DNA of 64,000 nt, from NCBI RefSeq assembly GCF_902713615.1, contig NC_052160.1, positions 47,024,719 to 47,088,718 of the forward strand, written 5' to 3'. The translations under genes were made by a program, and so were the position numbers. Positions within the stretch are counted from its first letter, which is position 1; each line of letters begins with the position of its first letter. Below, in pieces: positions 1 to 13,009 of this stretch. The notes beneath the pieces were generated by a model. The model was not told the DNA's origin, ran no database searches, and saw only the letters and a list, made by a program, of their open reading frames with translations. Source of the DNA: Scyliorhinus canicula. Taxonomy: Eukaryota.

Positions 1-314
1 TGTGAGCTCTGGAATTTCTTTGCAATATTTTTCTGCTTTGTTTTTGTAAAACGCTTTGGGGATATTATGAGGTACCATCTTTGTTTTGTGAGCATTTTTC
101 ACACTATCTAGAGATTGAGCATTTATGCCATACAGCTAAATTTATCTATGCAATCTCAGTGCCATAGTGTTGAAGGTCTAACTTTCAGCTGAGGTGTTTA
201 AGAAACGCCTCATTCCCCGATTTCTGTAATGTGGCGATGCCAGCGTTGGACTGGGGTGGGCACAGTAAGAATTCTTACAACACCAGGTTAAAGTGCAACA
301 GGTTTATGTGCAAT

Positions 315-349
315 CATGAGCTTTTGGAGCGTAGCACCTTCATCAGGTG
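315..349 (-). ncRNA. Degenerate minimal hammerhead ribozyme motif in Penelope pLTR
   Basis: Minus strand reads CAC-CTGATGA-AGGTGC-TAC-GCTCC-AAAA-GCT-C-ATG: CUGAUGA core, stem II, GAAA mutated to AAAA, palindromic AGCT stem III. Confidence 0.6.
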
Positions 350-740
350 AGTGAAGAGGTAGGTTACACAAAAACAGCATATATAGACAAAGCCAATGAT
401 GCAAGATAATACTTTGAATGTAAGTCTTTGCAGGCAATTATATCTTAACAGGCCCAGATGGTGCGACTGGAGAGAGGGATAATCACAGGTTAAAGAGGTG
501 TGAATTGTCTCATGCCAGGACATTTGGTAGGATTTCACAAGCCTAGGCCAGATGCTGGGGGTTAAATGTAGTGAGACATGAATTCAAGATCCTGGTTGAG
601 GCCCTACTCATGTGTAAGCAACTTGGCTATCAGTTTCTGCTCGGCAGTTCTGCGGTGTCGTGCATCCTTGGAGAATGCATACCCGAAGATCAGAGACAGA
701 ATGCCCTTGACGGCTGAAATGTTCCCCGACTGAAATGTTC

Positions 741-822
741 ATCTGAAATGACTGAAGTGTTGAAGGCTCCGAAGAAGGCTCAGTCATCTAAAATGACTGA
801 AGTGTTGAAGGCTCCGAAGAAG
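741..822 (+). repeat. Two-copy ~45-bp tandem duplication at Penelope inversion junction
   Basis: AAATGACTGAAGTGTTGAAGGCTCCGAAGAAG occurs twice. Confidence 0.85.
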
Positions 823-985
823 ATGAAGATGAACATCTTGCCAAGGCCATCCCCACACCTCCACTACTTGCCTTCAAACAACCGCGCAACCTCAAACAGA
901 CCATTGTTTGCAGCAAACTACCCAGCCTTCAGGAGAACAGCGACCATGACACCATACAACCCTTCCATGGAAACCTCTGCATGAC

Positions 986-1243
986 ATGCCAGATCATCAA
1001 CATGGTACCAATATTGTACGTGAGAACACCACCCACCAGGTGCGTGGTACATACTTGTGCGACTCGGCCAATGTTGTCTACCTTATACGCTGCAGGAAAG
1101 GATGTCCCAAGGCATGGTACATTGGCGAGACAATGCAGACGCTGCGACAACGGATGAACGGACATCACGCAGTAATCACCAGGCAGGAATGTTTCCTTCC
1201 AGTCGGGGAACACTTCAGCAGTCAAGGGCATTCAGCCTCTTGA
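986..1243 (+). pseudogene. GIY-YIG endonuclease fragment of Penelope-like element
   Basis: VVY...YIGET motif with Cys/His ligands; truncated. Confidence 0.85.
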
Positions 1244-1259
1244 TTTAGCCTTTGCAAAC

Positions 1260-2303
1260 TGTGAGGAAAATATACTTCACCCCAGGAGTGATGACTCTGA
1301 CCTGAAGGTATGTTTTATATTAAAACAGACTTCAATTTAAACACAATATTAACCACATTAACGCCAAAGAAATAGTGTTACAGTTATCAGTTGAACAGTT
1401 CTTAAACAAAAGGAAAAACTCAAACTTGCACCTTCACTATAAATATTCAAACCAAGCATCCCAATGCAATTCAAATGCCACTTATAAATAAAGCTAACAG
1501 ACAGATGGCTTGCTTATCTGTGTACAGACATACTTTGGAGAGAGAGAGCCTTTCAGGAGCAACCTGAAAATCCTTCCTTTGGCAAAAATGCTGGTCAACT
1601 TAAAAGCTTCCAGCAAACTGCAGAACTACAGACAGACCTGACTCTTCCCATTAATTACATCATCTGTATCCCACTATGTTGTTCCATCCCAGCTTAGCTT
1701 GGACAACTAAGACCCCTCATAAATAAACTACTCTCCAGGAAATCTCCAATCATAACAGTGTTGCATCAGGCATCTCTGTAAACAAGTAAATGGTTACAAT
1801 TGCAGCTTTAGAAAACACAGTCTGGATACCGTAATCTAAGTTCTTAAATAATAATATTGCAACAAGGGGCGGCGCGGTGGCACAGTGCTTACTACTGCCG
1901 TCTTACACAGCCAGAGACCCGGGTTCAATTCCGGCCTTGGATGACTGCCTCTTTGGAGTTTGCCTGTTTTCCTGTATATGCGTGAGTTTCCTCTGGGTGC
2001 TCCGGTTTCCTCCCACAGTCCAAAGATGTGCAGTATAGGTGGATTAGCCTTGCTAAATTGTCCTTTAGTGCCAAAAGATGTACAGATTAGGTGGGGATAC
2101 GGGGAGAGGGCGGGATAGTTGTCCTAAGTAGTGTGTCTGTCAGAGGGTCAGTGCAGACAAGATGGGCCAAATGGTCTCCTTCGGCACTGTAGGGATTCTA
2201 TGATTTTCTGAAATTTATGCCGTAACTCCGGCTTTTAAAAAACTTTTAACAGCAACAGATATAAAAAGCAATACATTTATCCCAATTTCTTACATTCATC
2301 ACA
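1260..2303. mobile_element. Possible solo LTR (interrupted by a SINE)
   Basis: TGTGAGGAA...TTCATCACA termini (8/9 inverted match); no clear TSD. Confidence 0.35.
1866..2205 (+). mobile_element. tRNA-derived SINE (HE1/V-SINE type) with CR1-like tail
   Basis: A box (GGTGGCACAGTG), B box (GGGTTCAATTCC), core GGGTGCTCCGGTTTCCTCCCACAGTCCAAAGATGTG, tail GCACTGTAGGGATTCTATG. Confidence 0.9.
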
Positions 2304-5300
2304 ACATGTCTATATTTCCTGAAGAGGGACTCAGTAGTGTGGAATATCAGAATGTTGCACTTGCCACTTTGCAACAAAAGTTTGGAACTAGTTCAGGTAA
2401 ACAAGGTCATTTTTTCATTTCATTGATGAAATCTGTTTTTAATTCCCCGCAAGCCTGAAACCCAAGTTTCAGTTCAACCCTGAAAGGTGAAATGAAAGAG
2501 TCCTCTAGCTAATAGCTGTCAAGGTTAAAAGGAAGTTAGCATTCGTATCTTTTTCGAGACTTGAGCAGAATCGATAGAAATCTGAAGAAAATCTTAGTTA
2601 AGTCTTAAGTCTTGATTGGCAAGCCTGCCAACTTATTCCGATAAACATATTCTTCGTATATAAGGAAAAAAAAAATGCAATTCAAATCAACTTACCTTTA
2701 ACATTAAAAAAAGTCAGAAAACGCTTCATGCGAATATTACAAACATAATTTGACACCAAGCCACAGAAGCACAGGTGGTCAAATATGTAGATTTCTAGGA
2801 GAGATTTAAAGGAGAGAGGTAGGGAAGTGCTGATGTTGAGGGAGGGAAATCCAGAGCTTCAGGCCGAGGCACCCAAAGGTATAGTTGCAAATAGCTGGTA
2901 ATGGTGGATTGAAGAAAATCGTGAATGCTCAAAAGGTCATATTGGAGAGGTACAGAAACCTTGGAGCTAAAGAAGTAAAATTTAACTACTTGGTAAGCAT
3001 CAACACTTCTGCTACACCATGAGGTCCCAAATGATTCTGTCAAATGATAGGGAAGAAGTAAAAACAAAATCAATTAATCATTGAAACCAGTCCTCAAGCG
3101 TTTAAGGGTGGCCTTCGCAGCCACCTTCTCAAACGGAACAGTGCAGATTTTTGAGAGTTGGAAATATACCCGAACAGTCGATTTTTACAAATGCCTTTAA
3201 CATGAAAACACTTGTTCCAATGCAATCTGATCCATTTGTATTTTCACATAACTACTATACTCTCAATGGGGAAAAGAATGCTTGTGATTTCTGGATTTGC
3301 TCAAGGCTTGTTAATCTTCTTATTGTGTTGTTTAATTCTGTATTCAAAGTATAAATTAATTAACCTGCTTACATCACTGCCTCACAGCTTTTTGCCTGAT
3401 GGAGGATGGACTTCTATGATTCTATAACAATCAATTGACACTGATACTAGGGCACCAATGATAAATGATACAGAATGATCAATTGTAAATTTACTCAATA
3501 ATTCCCAGCAGCACCCCTCCCTGATTTGCACATGTCTATTTAAATATGTGCAGCATGTTTGTGAAATGAAACAATATTGTACAATGTTTGAAAAAATTAG
3601 TAAGAATCCTTGGTTGCTAAATTATTTAACAATTGTAATGTAGGGCATTTAAAATCTGACCAGTGAGTGAGATTGAAGCCCAATGCATATTTATACTGTG
3701 ATAGGTAAAGAAACTTGACTAAAAACAAAGTGCTGAAAATGAACTGCAAATCCATGAGTGTCTGAAAGAGAAAAAACAGATTATGTCTTTGGGCAAGGAC
3801 ACAACATCAGAAAGTTGCCATCATCAGAAGAATCCCTCCCCAAAATGTATCTGATTGATTGCAAACCTTCTCTGGGCATTTTAAACCTTTTCTTTATTCT
3901 TGGTTTGCGAACAAATTCTTGCATTTATAAAAATACCTTTAATGAAGTTAAATGCCCCAAGGTGTTTCACAGAAGTGCTGACAAAGAAAGTTTTACAACA
4001 AACCATACGAGATTCCAGGAGAGGCTGTTAAAGTTTAGTCAAAGAATTAGGTTTTAGGGAGTATCGTAAAGGAGGAGAAAGAGAGATGGCAGTAAAAGAT
4101 ACAAGAGGATAATATGCCAAAAGTAACAAGAACCTCAAAGTTGATCCTAAAAAAACCCAGGCCAGTTAATGAAGAAATTCCATATTTGAATCAGAATGGG
4201 AATGAATGCCAGATAAAATAGTGGACTGTCAAGTTTTAGTACCACAGCGTGCTCATTTATTCATCCAAGAATTGAATTTTGCTTAAAAAAGTGACACATA
4301 AGTGATTAAATGCTCAAGTTGTTAATTAGCTTGTAGGGTTGAGAGATAATCAGAGTTTATTTTGCACGTGGTTCACAATTTTCTGTGAAATGTTGTACTG
4401 TGTTGTCAAATTGATCCAGTGGATAGAATAAAATAGATTGAGTTGGTCCATTGAAGTTTGGTGCAGTGGAAGTGAAAGCTTGGTACTTCTTTATTCTTTT
4501 ACTTGAAAAGCGTTTATAAGAAAACATACAATTAAATACAAAAAAAGGTTATCTGTTCAATGAAAAGATGGATCCATTGTAAAGTACGATAATTGGAATT
4601 GAATCTGAAAATGAATTCAAAACAAAATTAGTTAAATTTATAAGCATAAAATTTTTAGGGATTCACAGTATGTTCTCGAGGAGTGTTTTTAATTAAAGGA
4701 ACTTAATTAAACTGTGGAGCTATTTGAATCATTATAGAAGTTGTAAATAAGTATAATAACAAATGATAGTCAATTCAAATGACTGGTGTTAAATTGTCAT
4801 TATGTTTATGCAAAAGCTGTCTTTTTTAAGAATGTAATTAAAAGGAAGTCACCTCAGCTTGATGTGTGCCACGGCGATGATGAGCAGTAGTGACTTTGCT
4901 GCATATTCGCAGGATGGAAGATGGGCACATACCAGAGTATTTTCTGAGTGCATAGGTAGTTGGAGACAGAAGACCAGTAGAATGCCCAGAATGATGCCTC
5001 AAGCACTTTAGAATTCAGCAAAGGAAGACCAAGGGATTGATTACGAAGGGGAAAATAGAATATGAGAATAAGTTTGCAGGGAACATAAAAACGGTTTCGA
5101 GGTACATGAAATGAAAAATTTGGTGAAGACAAATGAAGGTGCCTTACAGTTAGAAACAGGGGAATTTATACTGGGGGACAAAGAAATGGGTGAGCAACTA
5201 AATACATACTTTGGTTCTGTCTTTACAAATGAGGACACAAATAAGAAATGTTGGCGAACACAAGTGTTTAGTGAGAGGGAAGAACTGAAGGAGATCAATA

Positions 5301-6178
5301 TTTGTAGAGAAATTGTGTTGGGGAAATTGATGGGATTGGAGGTAGATAAATCCCCAGGGCCTGATAATCTACATCCCAGAGTAATTAAGGAAATGGCTGT
5401 AGAAATAGTGGCTTTGGTGGTCATCCAGGATTCTATAGACTCTGGGAACAGCTCCTACAGATTGGAGGGTAGCAAATCTAACTCCACTCTTAAAAGGGAG
5501 GTGGAGAGAAAACAGGGAATTATAGACCAGTAAGCTTGTTGCGAGTGGAGAAAATTCTTGAATTCATTATCAGTGATTTTATAGCAGAACACTTAGAAAA
5601 CACTGGCAAGATCGGACAAAGTCAGCATGCATTTATGAAGGGGAAATCATGCTTGGTAAATCTACTGGAATCTTTTGAGAATGTAACTAGTAGAGATGAT
5701 GAGGGGGAGTCAATGGATGTGCTTTTTTTTGAACTGTGAGAATGCTTTTGACAAAGTCCTACATAAGAGATTAGTGTGTAATATTAAAGCGCATAGGATT
5801 AGGGACAGTGTATTGAGATGGATAGAAAGCAGGTTGGCAGACGGAAAAGAAGTAGGATTTACATGAGGGAACAAAATGAAATATCACCAAATTTGAAGAT
5901 GATACAATGTTGGGTGGGAGGGTGAGCTGTGAGGAGCATGCAGAGATCCTTCAGTGTGATTTGGATAAATTGAGTGAATGGGCAAATGAATGGTAGATGC
6001 AATATATTTTGGACAAATGCCCGGTTATCCACTTTGTTAGCAAAAACAGTACGGCAGGCTATTAGCTTAATGGCCATATATTCGGAGAGGGGAATGTGCA
6101 ATGAGACCTGAGTTCCCTTGTACACTAGTCACTGAAAGTAAACATGCAGGTAAAGCAGGTGATAAAGAAGACAAATAT

Positions 6179-6880
6179 GAGTAATTGGAGTGAGAAGTTG
6201 GGGAAGGAAATAGGTTGGGGGCTGTTGTGTGGGTTGATGCGGTGGGTGAACTCAACCTCCCCCCTGCGCGAATATGAGCTTGCTTCAGTTCAAAGTGGTG
6301 CATAGAGTACACATGACTCGGACGAAGATGAATGGGTTCTTCCAGAGGGTAGCCGATGGATGTGGGTGGGGGCCGGTGAATCATGCGCATATGTTTTGAG
6401 GCTGTGAGAAGCTGGAGAGCTATGGGAGGTGGTGTTTGGAATGCTATCCAGGATAGTCAGGGTAAGGGAAAGCCAGGCCTTGCGGTGGCGATTTTTGGGG
6501 TTCCAGAAGTTCCAGAGCTTCTGGAGGGGAAGAGGGCATTGTTGGGACTTTGCCTCTCTAATAGCAGGGTGAAGGATCCTGTTAAACCGGAGATCGGATA
6601 TGCCGCCGGGGGCAGTGGCTTGGTTGGGGGGTTTGTACGACTTTCTCTGGTTGGAGAATATCAAGTTCAAGTTGAGGGGGTGAGACGAGGACTTCGAGCT
6701 GCAGTGGGGACTGTTCATGACACTATTTGAGGAATTGTTCATCGTGGGGGGGGGGGGTGCGAGAGGGAGGGGATTAAAGAGGAAAGATTGTATAGACTGT
6801 GGACTGTGATTTTATGGACTGGGTATTTTGTATTCTGTTGTTGTTAAATGTGTTTGGAATTAAATATCTTTTGGGAAAAA
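6179..6880 (+). mobile_element. 5'-truncated L1 3' fragment nested in CR1
   Basis: Homologous to the ORF2 C-terminus of the L1 at 14669 (QFKVVHRVHMTRTKM, NHAHMF, VAIFGVPEVPELLEGKRA); G-tract 3'UTR; A-rich end; degenerate TSD AAGACAAAT/AAGGCACAT. Confidence 0.8.
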
Positions 6881-7007
6881 AAGGCACATGGTATGCTGGC
6901 CTTCATAGTGAGAGGATTCGAGTACAGGAGTCAGGATACCTTGCGGCAATTATACAGGGCCTTGGTGGGACCACATCTGGAATATTGTGCGCAGTTTTGG
7001 TCTCTTT

Positions 7008-7208
7008 ATGAAATGAAAAATGAAATGAAAATGAAAATCGCTTATTGTCACAAGTAGGCTTCACATGAAGTTACTGTGAAAAGCCCCCAGTTGCCACACA
7101 TTTTCCGGCGCCTGTTCGGGGAAGCTGGTACGGGAATTGAACCCACGCTGCTGGCTGCCTTGGTCTGCTTTAAAAGCCAGCTATTTAGCCCTGTGCTAAA
7201 CCAGCCAG
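7008..7208 (-). mobile_element. Short tRNA-derived SINE (family B, TTTCA-repeat end)
   Basis: Same family as 62347-62526; minus-strand A/B boxes. Confidence 0.8.
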
Positions 7209-10200
7209 CTGAGGAAGGATGTTCTTGCTTTAGAAAGAGTGCAGCAAAGGTTTACCAGACTGATTCCTGGGATGATAGGACGGATGTATGAGGAGCGATT
7301 GAGTCGGGTAAGATTGTATTCGCTGGATTTCGTAAAAATAAGGGGATCTCATAGAAACGTATAAAATTCTAACAGGACGAGGCTGGGTAGATGCAGGAAG
7401 GATGTTCCCAATGGTGGGGGTGTTGAGAACCAGGGGTCACAGTATAAGGAAAAGGCATTAACCGTTTAGGACAAAGGTGAAGAGAAATTTCTTCATGGGG
7501 GGGAGCGGTGGACGGGATCGCCTCCTCCTGCTCCTATTTTCTATGTTTCAACGATTTGCAAGTGTGACATGAAGGCCATGAACATCAATCCCAGCACCTG
7601 GGAAATGCCAGCTGCCGATAGAGGAAAATGTCAAGATCACCTGTGTGCCAATGTGCTTCACCAATGATGATTAGTTGCCACTGCAACTTGCCATTAGATG
7701 CCAACACCGAAGACAACCCAGAACGACACCTAATAATCACTTCATGTGCAGCACTCATGGTAAGACTTGCCTTCACGGATTGGTCTCTTCAGCCATCAGT
7801 AAAAGTGCATCATCTAAAGTTGCACCATCCCCACTAATTTAATTTACTGCATGTCCATCATCTTGGACAGGTGGCAGAATGCTGACAGGGGAAGTTACAA
7901 GGAAACTGGGACCTAATCTTTTGAGCTGAGCATTAGTAATATAAAAGTTAATTAAAATGTAGGATTATGCTGATGACAGTGATAAAGGGGAATCCCGCTA
8001 TATAATCCAATAGCCCAGGAATTGTATTTCTGTCATGGATGTTATTCCCAATGCCTTTTAAATTACTCATAACTCTGGTTATAATCTTGTTATTTGAATT
8101 TGGAAAAAAATCATAGTCATGAAGTGCCTGAGTAAACAATTCAAGAATCGTGTTTAAAAAAAATAGAATTTCCGGGGCACTATATTTTAAATTTCATAAG
8201 TGCAAGTTTTTCTTGGAGCAAAGCTACTTAGGTGCATTGATTTTTTTCTCATGCCAAGTGCAAGAAATGACAAGTGGTTAACAGTGATATTCATGGAGAA
8301 TGAGAATTGGTTTATGAATAGTTTTACAGTCTGAGATAAGTGTGATTCTTCTATCTCCATAACTGGTTAACTGTCAGATGTCCGAATTAACTTTTGTATT
8401 TAGGCTGTGGGAAATTATGTACTTAATTCTGGACACTAAAACATTCATCTTACAAGTTGTATTTGTCTTTATTTTTCTAATTGTACTTGAGATTCAGTGG
8501 TCACCCAGTTCTTTGTTCAAGTGTGGACTGGCTAGAAGCTTGATATGTTATAAATTTCTTGTTAACTCTGCAGGAAGTGGAGAGGTTAGGGAAGAACGGA
8601 ATGATATAACTGTATCAAAGGAAGTTGAGAGTTAACTGTTGGCTGTCTGCCCTTTTTAACAGGAGATGAGAAAAAATTATGGAAAAACTCAGTAAATCAG
8701 GCAGCATTTGTGGAGAATAAAACAGATTTAGCCTTTCAGCTTGACCTTTCATCAGAACAGAATGGTAAATGTTATTAGGAGAAGCAAAGGATAGAAAATA
8801 AAGTGTGATAAGAAAAGACCAGAAATATTTGATTGAGGGTTTTGTAATGCTCTGTTTTCTTTGAAACTGGGTAATATAAGATTGGTTATGTTTTCCTTTT
8901 TGTCATTGAATCTGTGCAGGCAGACTTGGAAGTGCAGCTCTTTCAAAGAGTTGGCACAGGCATGACAGATCAAAGGGTCTCCTTCTGTAAAATTCTGTGA
9001 CTTCTAATTACTGCTCATGTTAAATAAGCTTGATGGTCTCAATCCAGTTTGTGCTAGACACGAGTCCATCACATTGAAATATCTCTTCGTTGGTATCAAT
9101 TTGGAATCTTAATCAGAGACTAAAACGAGGACTTCTATGAGAAATAGAGATGCCATCCTTGTGCAGCATGATGCACTTTTCTCATGCTGAGGGGAATAGT
9201 GAGCATATGGCCTGTGCCCTCCTGACATAAGAGTACTTGATGTTACAGTGGGTGCTCAAAGTGGAAAGCAAATTATTTCCCAACACTGAGAACGTGTACC
9301 TCGATTACCAGAATGTCATACCCTTTACCATAACTTCTGTTCTTTTTCAATAATAATTTTAATTCCAGCATGTTTACGCAGCAATTGTAGACATCTAACA
9401 GTTGTGGTAGTAATCATATGTAACAGATCGCCCTCTCAATTTTGTTTTCAGTAATGTGCCTCCCAGCCACATTGACCATTATTTATTATTGCATTATGTC
9501 TGACTGAGAGATGTGCATTTAAGATAATGTAGAACCAATTATAATCATATTTTCATGAGAAATTCCCCCCAAATATTTCCATTTGAAAAATTGTGGACTT
9601 ATACAACTTTACGTGCCCTGATATATCCACACATTCCTTGCGCCCACCTGGCCCCCATCAACTTTTTCTTGTTTGTAGTTTGACAACAGTTTGAACCTTG
9701 ACATTTGAAGTACTCAGCATTGACCAAAATGATAACTTTGACCAACTGAGTAAGGGTATAGGAGTAGGAGAACTATCAAAAATAAATGAAAATTGCAAGT
9801 TCCCCCCCCCCCCCCCCCCCCCCCCCCTGTTTCTGAGTAGATACCAGGCTTGTTCCCTTAAAAGTCTTTTTGAGAATTGTTGCTTCTGAGCTAACAGCAA
9901 TTCATCATGAACTTTTCTCAATTCCATATCTTAAAATGTTATGTCTGTGAGGATCTCACTGGGTGAGGCACAGTTGAACTGAATCTTGCAATTTTACAAC
10001 ATTACGAGTTTTAATGATGAGCAACTAATTGATCAGAAGTCAGTAATAGGAATCTCCAAACAATCACTGGTGGTGTGTTAAAAGTTGCATTGTTTTCATT
10101 TGACAGAGCTGGAACGTAATAGTCACTAAATGTAGACAGATTTCACCGTTACAGATTCACTAACTTTTTACAGCACAGAAGGAGGCCTTTCTGTCAACTG

Positions 10201-10316
10201 AGTCTGCACTGGCTCTCTGCAAGAGCAATTCTACCTAGTCCTACTCCCATACCTTGTCCCCATAACCTTATACTATTTTCTTTTCAGGCAGCAATCCAAT
10301 TCCCATTTGAATATTT

Positions 10317-10548
10317 TTTTCATTTAAATTTAGAGTACCCAATTCATTTTTTCCAATTAAGGGGCAATTTAGCATGACCAATCCACTTAGCCTGCACATT
10401 TTTTTTTGGGTTGTGGGGACGAAACCCACGCAAACATTGGGAGAATGTCCAAATTCCACACGGACAGTGACCCAGAGCCGGGATTGAACCTGGGATCTCT
10501 GCGCCGTGAGGCAGCAGGGCTAACCCACTGCGCCAACCTGCTGCCGTT
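10317..10548 (-). mobile_element. HE1-type SINE variant with A-rich tail and 12-bp TSD
   Basis: TSD ATTTGAATATTT at 10305-10316 and 10549-10560; tRNA head with B box GGTTCAATCCC; tail GGGTACTCTAAATTTAAATGAAAA. Confidence 0.9.
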
Positions 10549-11360
10549 ATTTGAATATTTCAATCAAACCTGCCCCCACCACCCACCAGGAAGTTTTTTC
10601 CAGACTCCAACTACCCACCTGGTGAAATAATTTTTCCTCACATCACTTTTACCCCTATGCCAATTATTTTGAATCTGTGCTCTCTAATTCTTGATGCTCT
10701 CTTCAGTGGGAAGAGTTTTTCCACTATTGATCCTGCCCATACTCCTTAGCATCTTGATTACCTCTATCAAATGTCTGCTCAGCCTTCTTTGCTTCAAGGA
10801 GAACAGACCCAATCTATCCTTATTGCTCCTGGTTTTTAGCCCTGGAATAATTCTTGAGAATCCCCTCTCTCCAATGCCTTCAGATCCTTCCTCAAGTGTC
10901 GTGCCCAGAACTAGACCAGATGAGGCCAAACTAGTGTCTTATACATGCTCAACATGGCTGCTTCTTTACTCTTGTACTCAATGCCCTTATTAATAAAGCT
11001 CTCTCAACATGTTGTATCATCTTCAGTGACTGATGTACATATACACCGAGACATCCCTCGGTTGCTGTACCTCCTTTAGAGATTCTACATTTTATACTGC
11101 CACTCTTTACTCTTGCCAAAATGAATCACCTCACACTTCTTTGCATTGAACTTCATCTGCCACTTGTCTGACTAATCCACCAATTTGTCTAAGTCCTCAT
11201 AAAGTTCCAGACTATCCTTATAGTTCACAATGTTTACATTCTTTGTATCATCTGCTAATTTTGAAATTGTGCTTTGGACACCACAGTCTCGGTCATTAAT
11301 ATATATCAGAAAAAACAAGGATCCTACAACTTTCCCATGGGGAACTCCACTTCCTCCAAT

Positions 11361-11707
11361 CACGGTAGCATTGTGGATAGCACAATCGCTTCACAGTTCC
11401 AGGGTCCCAGGTTCGATTCAGGCTTGGGTCACTGTCTGTGCGGAGTCTGCACATCCTCCCCGTGTGTGCGTGGGTTTCCTCCGGGTGCTCCGGTTTCCTC
11501 CCACAGTCCAAAAGATGTGCAGGTTAGGTGGATTGGCCATGATAAATTGCCCTTAGTGTCCAAAATTGCCCTTAGTGTTGGGTGGGGTTACTGGGTTATG
11601 GGGATAGGGTGGAGGTTTTAACATTGGGTAGGGTGCGCTTTCCAGGAGCCGGTGCAGACTCGATGGGCTGAATGGCCTCCTTCTGCACTGTAAATTCTAT
11701 GTCTATG
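11361..11707 (+). mobile_element. HE1-type SINE with CR1-like tail
   Basis: B box GGTTCGATTC, conserved core, (TCTATG)n end, TSD TCCAAT (11355-11360 / 11708-11713). Confidence 0.92.
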
Positions 11708-12664
11708 TCCAATCTGATAAACCTTCCTGCAATCTGATAAACAATTATTTATCACTACTCTCTGTTTCCTGTCACTCGAGCAATTTCTCATCCAAGCACC
11801 TACTTTCCCTTTTATTTCATAAGCTAATAGTTTGCCCAAAAGTCTGTTGCATAGTACATATCAAATGCCTTTTGAAAATCCAGATACACATCAATAGCTT
11901 TGCCCTTGTCAACCTTCTCTTTTACCTCCTCAAAAATCTCCAAGTTAGTTAAGCATGATTTTCCTTTAACGAATGCAGGCTTTCTTTAATTATCCTGCAG
12001 TTGCCTTAAGTGATTATTGATTTTCTCCCAAACTATAGTGTCCTTTAGCTATTTAACATTCTAATGTGATGCTGATGAGGCTGAAATGTCTCAAAATTCT
12101 GAGTTAATGAAAGTGCTCATTATAGGGATACCTTCACATGTTTGTTGCCATTAACTTTGAAGAGTAGTCTTCATCTGAAGGATTCAGAATGCAGCCATTA
12201 GGGAAAAGTGAAAGCCGAGCGGGAAGAACCAATTCTCACAGAATGCATTCATTAGATGAGAGATAATGTACCTAAAATTGATCTCTCTGTAAACTGATGT
12301 GTAGTCATCTGTGTTTTTAATAGTATCCGTGCTATGAAAGTTGCAACACAAAGGAACTTTATTTATATGAAATAAGCTCTTGATTAGTCTGCAAATAGAT
12401 AAAATTGATTTCACCAAACTATTCTCAGTGAGGTTTTCTCATGGTTGATCTCAAGGGAGGGGGAGGGTTGGTGCGGAGGGAGGGGCTGGGTGGGTGGGAG
12501 GTCTAGGTAGTTTGCAGTTTGTAACAGGTTATAATAATTCCTCCCCATTCTTCCACTATTTCAGATGAGAAACACATGGGTAAATGAAAAAGATGCTCAA
12601 AATAGCTTGTGAAAAGAAAAAAATGTAATTGTTTTCAATTAAAATGGAAAGTGCTGTAAATACT

Positions 12665-12963
12665 GGTGCCATGGTGGCACAGTGGTTAGCACTGTTGCCG
12701 CATAGCCACGAGGGACCCAGGTTCGATTCCAACCTTGGGTGACTATCTGTGTGGAGTTTGTAAGTTCACCCTGTGTCTCTGTGGGTTTTCTCTGGGTGCT
12801 CCGGTTTCCTCCCACATTCCAAAGATGTGCAGGTTAATGGAAAGGCCATGCTACATTGCCCCTTGTTGTCCAAATGATCAGGGTTATGGGGATAGGGTGG
12901 GGGAGTGGGTCTAAGAAGAGTGCTCTTTCGAAGGATCTGTTCTGAACTGTAGAGATTCTATGG
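12665..12963 (+). mobile_element. HE1-type SINE
   Basis: GGTGGCACAGTGGTTAGC A box, GGTTCGATTCC B box, core and tail. Confidence 0.9.
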
Positions 12964-13009
12964 ATACTCAGCAGCTCAGGCAATATCCTTTTAAAATGGA
13001 AAAAACAGA

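Larger units (their letters stand above)
229..1244. mobile_element. Penelope-like retroelement, rearranged: 3' end/pLTR on minus (229-735), GIY-YIG endonuclease fragment on plus (~830-1244)
   Basis: ORF 986-1243 has CDSANVVYLIRCRKGCPKAWYIGET...LRQRMNGH...VGEHF (Penelope GIY-YIG). About 688-731 is the reverse complement of 1201-1244 and continues the same element on the minus strand. Confidence 0.85.
5005..7548 (+). mobile_element. Decayed CR1 LINE (ORF2 RT region to 3' tail), interrupted by an L1 fragment and a SINE
   Basis: KSPGPDNLHPRVIKE, QHAFMKGKSCLVNLLESFE, ALVGPHLEYCAQFWS; 3' tail CTCCTGCTCCTATTTTCTATG. Confidence 0.9.
10160..12050 (-). mobile_element. Decayed CR1 LINE 3' portion with two nested SINEs
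   Basis: Minus translations SKLADDTK, RLGLFSLKQRRL, DRKQRVVIN; CR1 tail near 10165-10260. Confidence 0.85.

Noticed and set aside
1866-1940. tRNA genes
   Set aside because: All A/B-box segments continue into SINE bodies; no complete cloverleaf seen.
8574-8635. Good-looking splice acceptor followed by purine-rich sequence
   Set aside because: Stops in all three frames within ~60 nt, no convincing donor and no MAD1 similarity.
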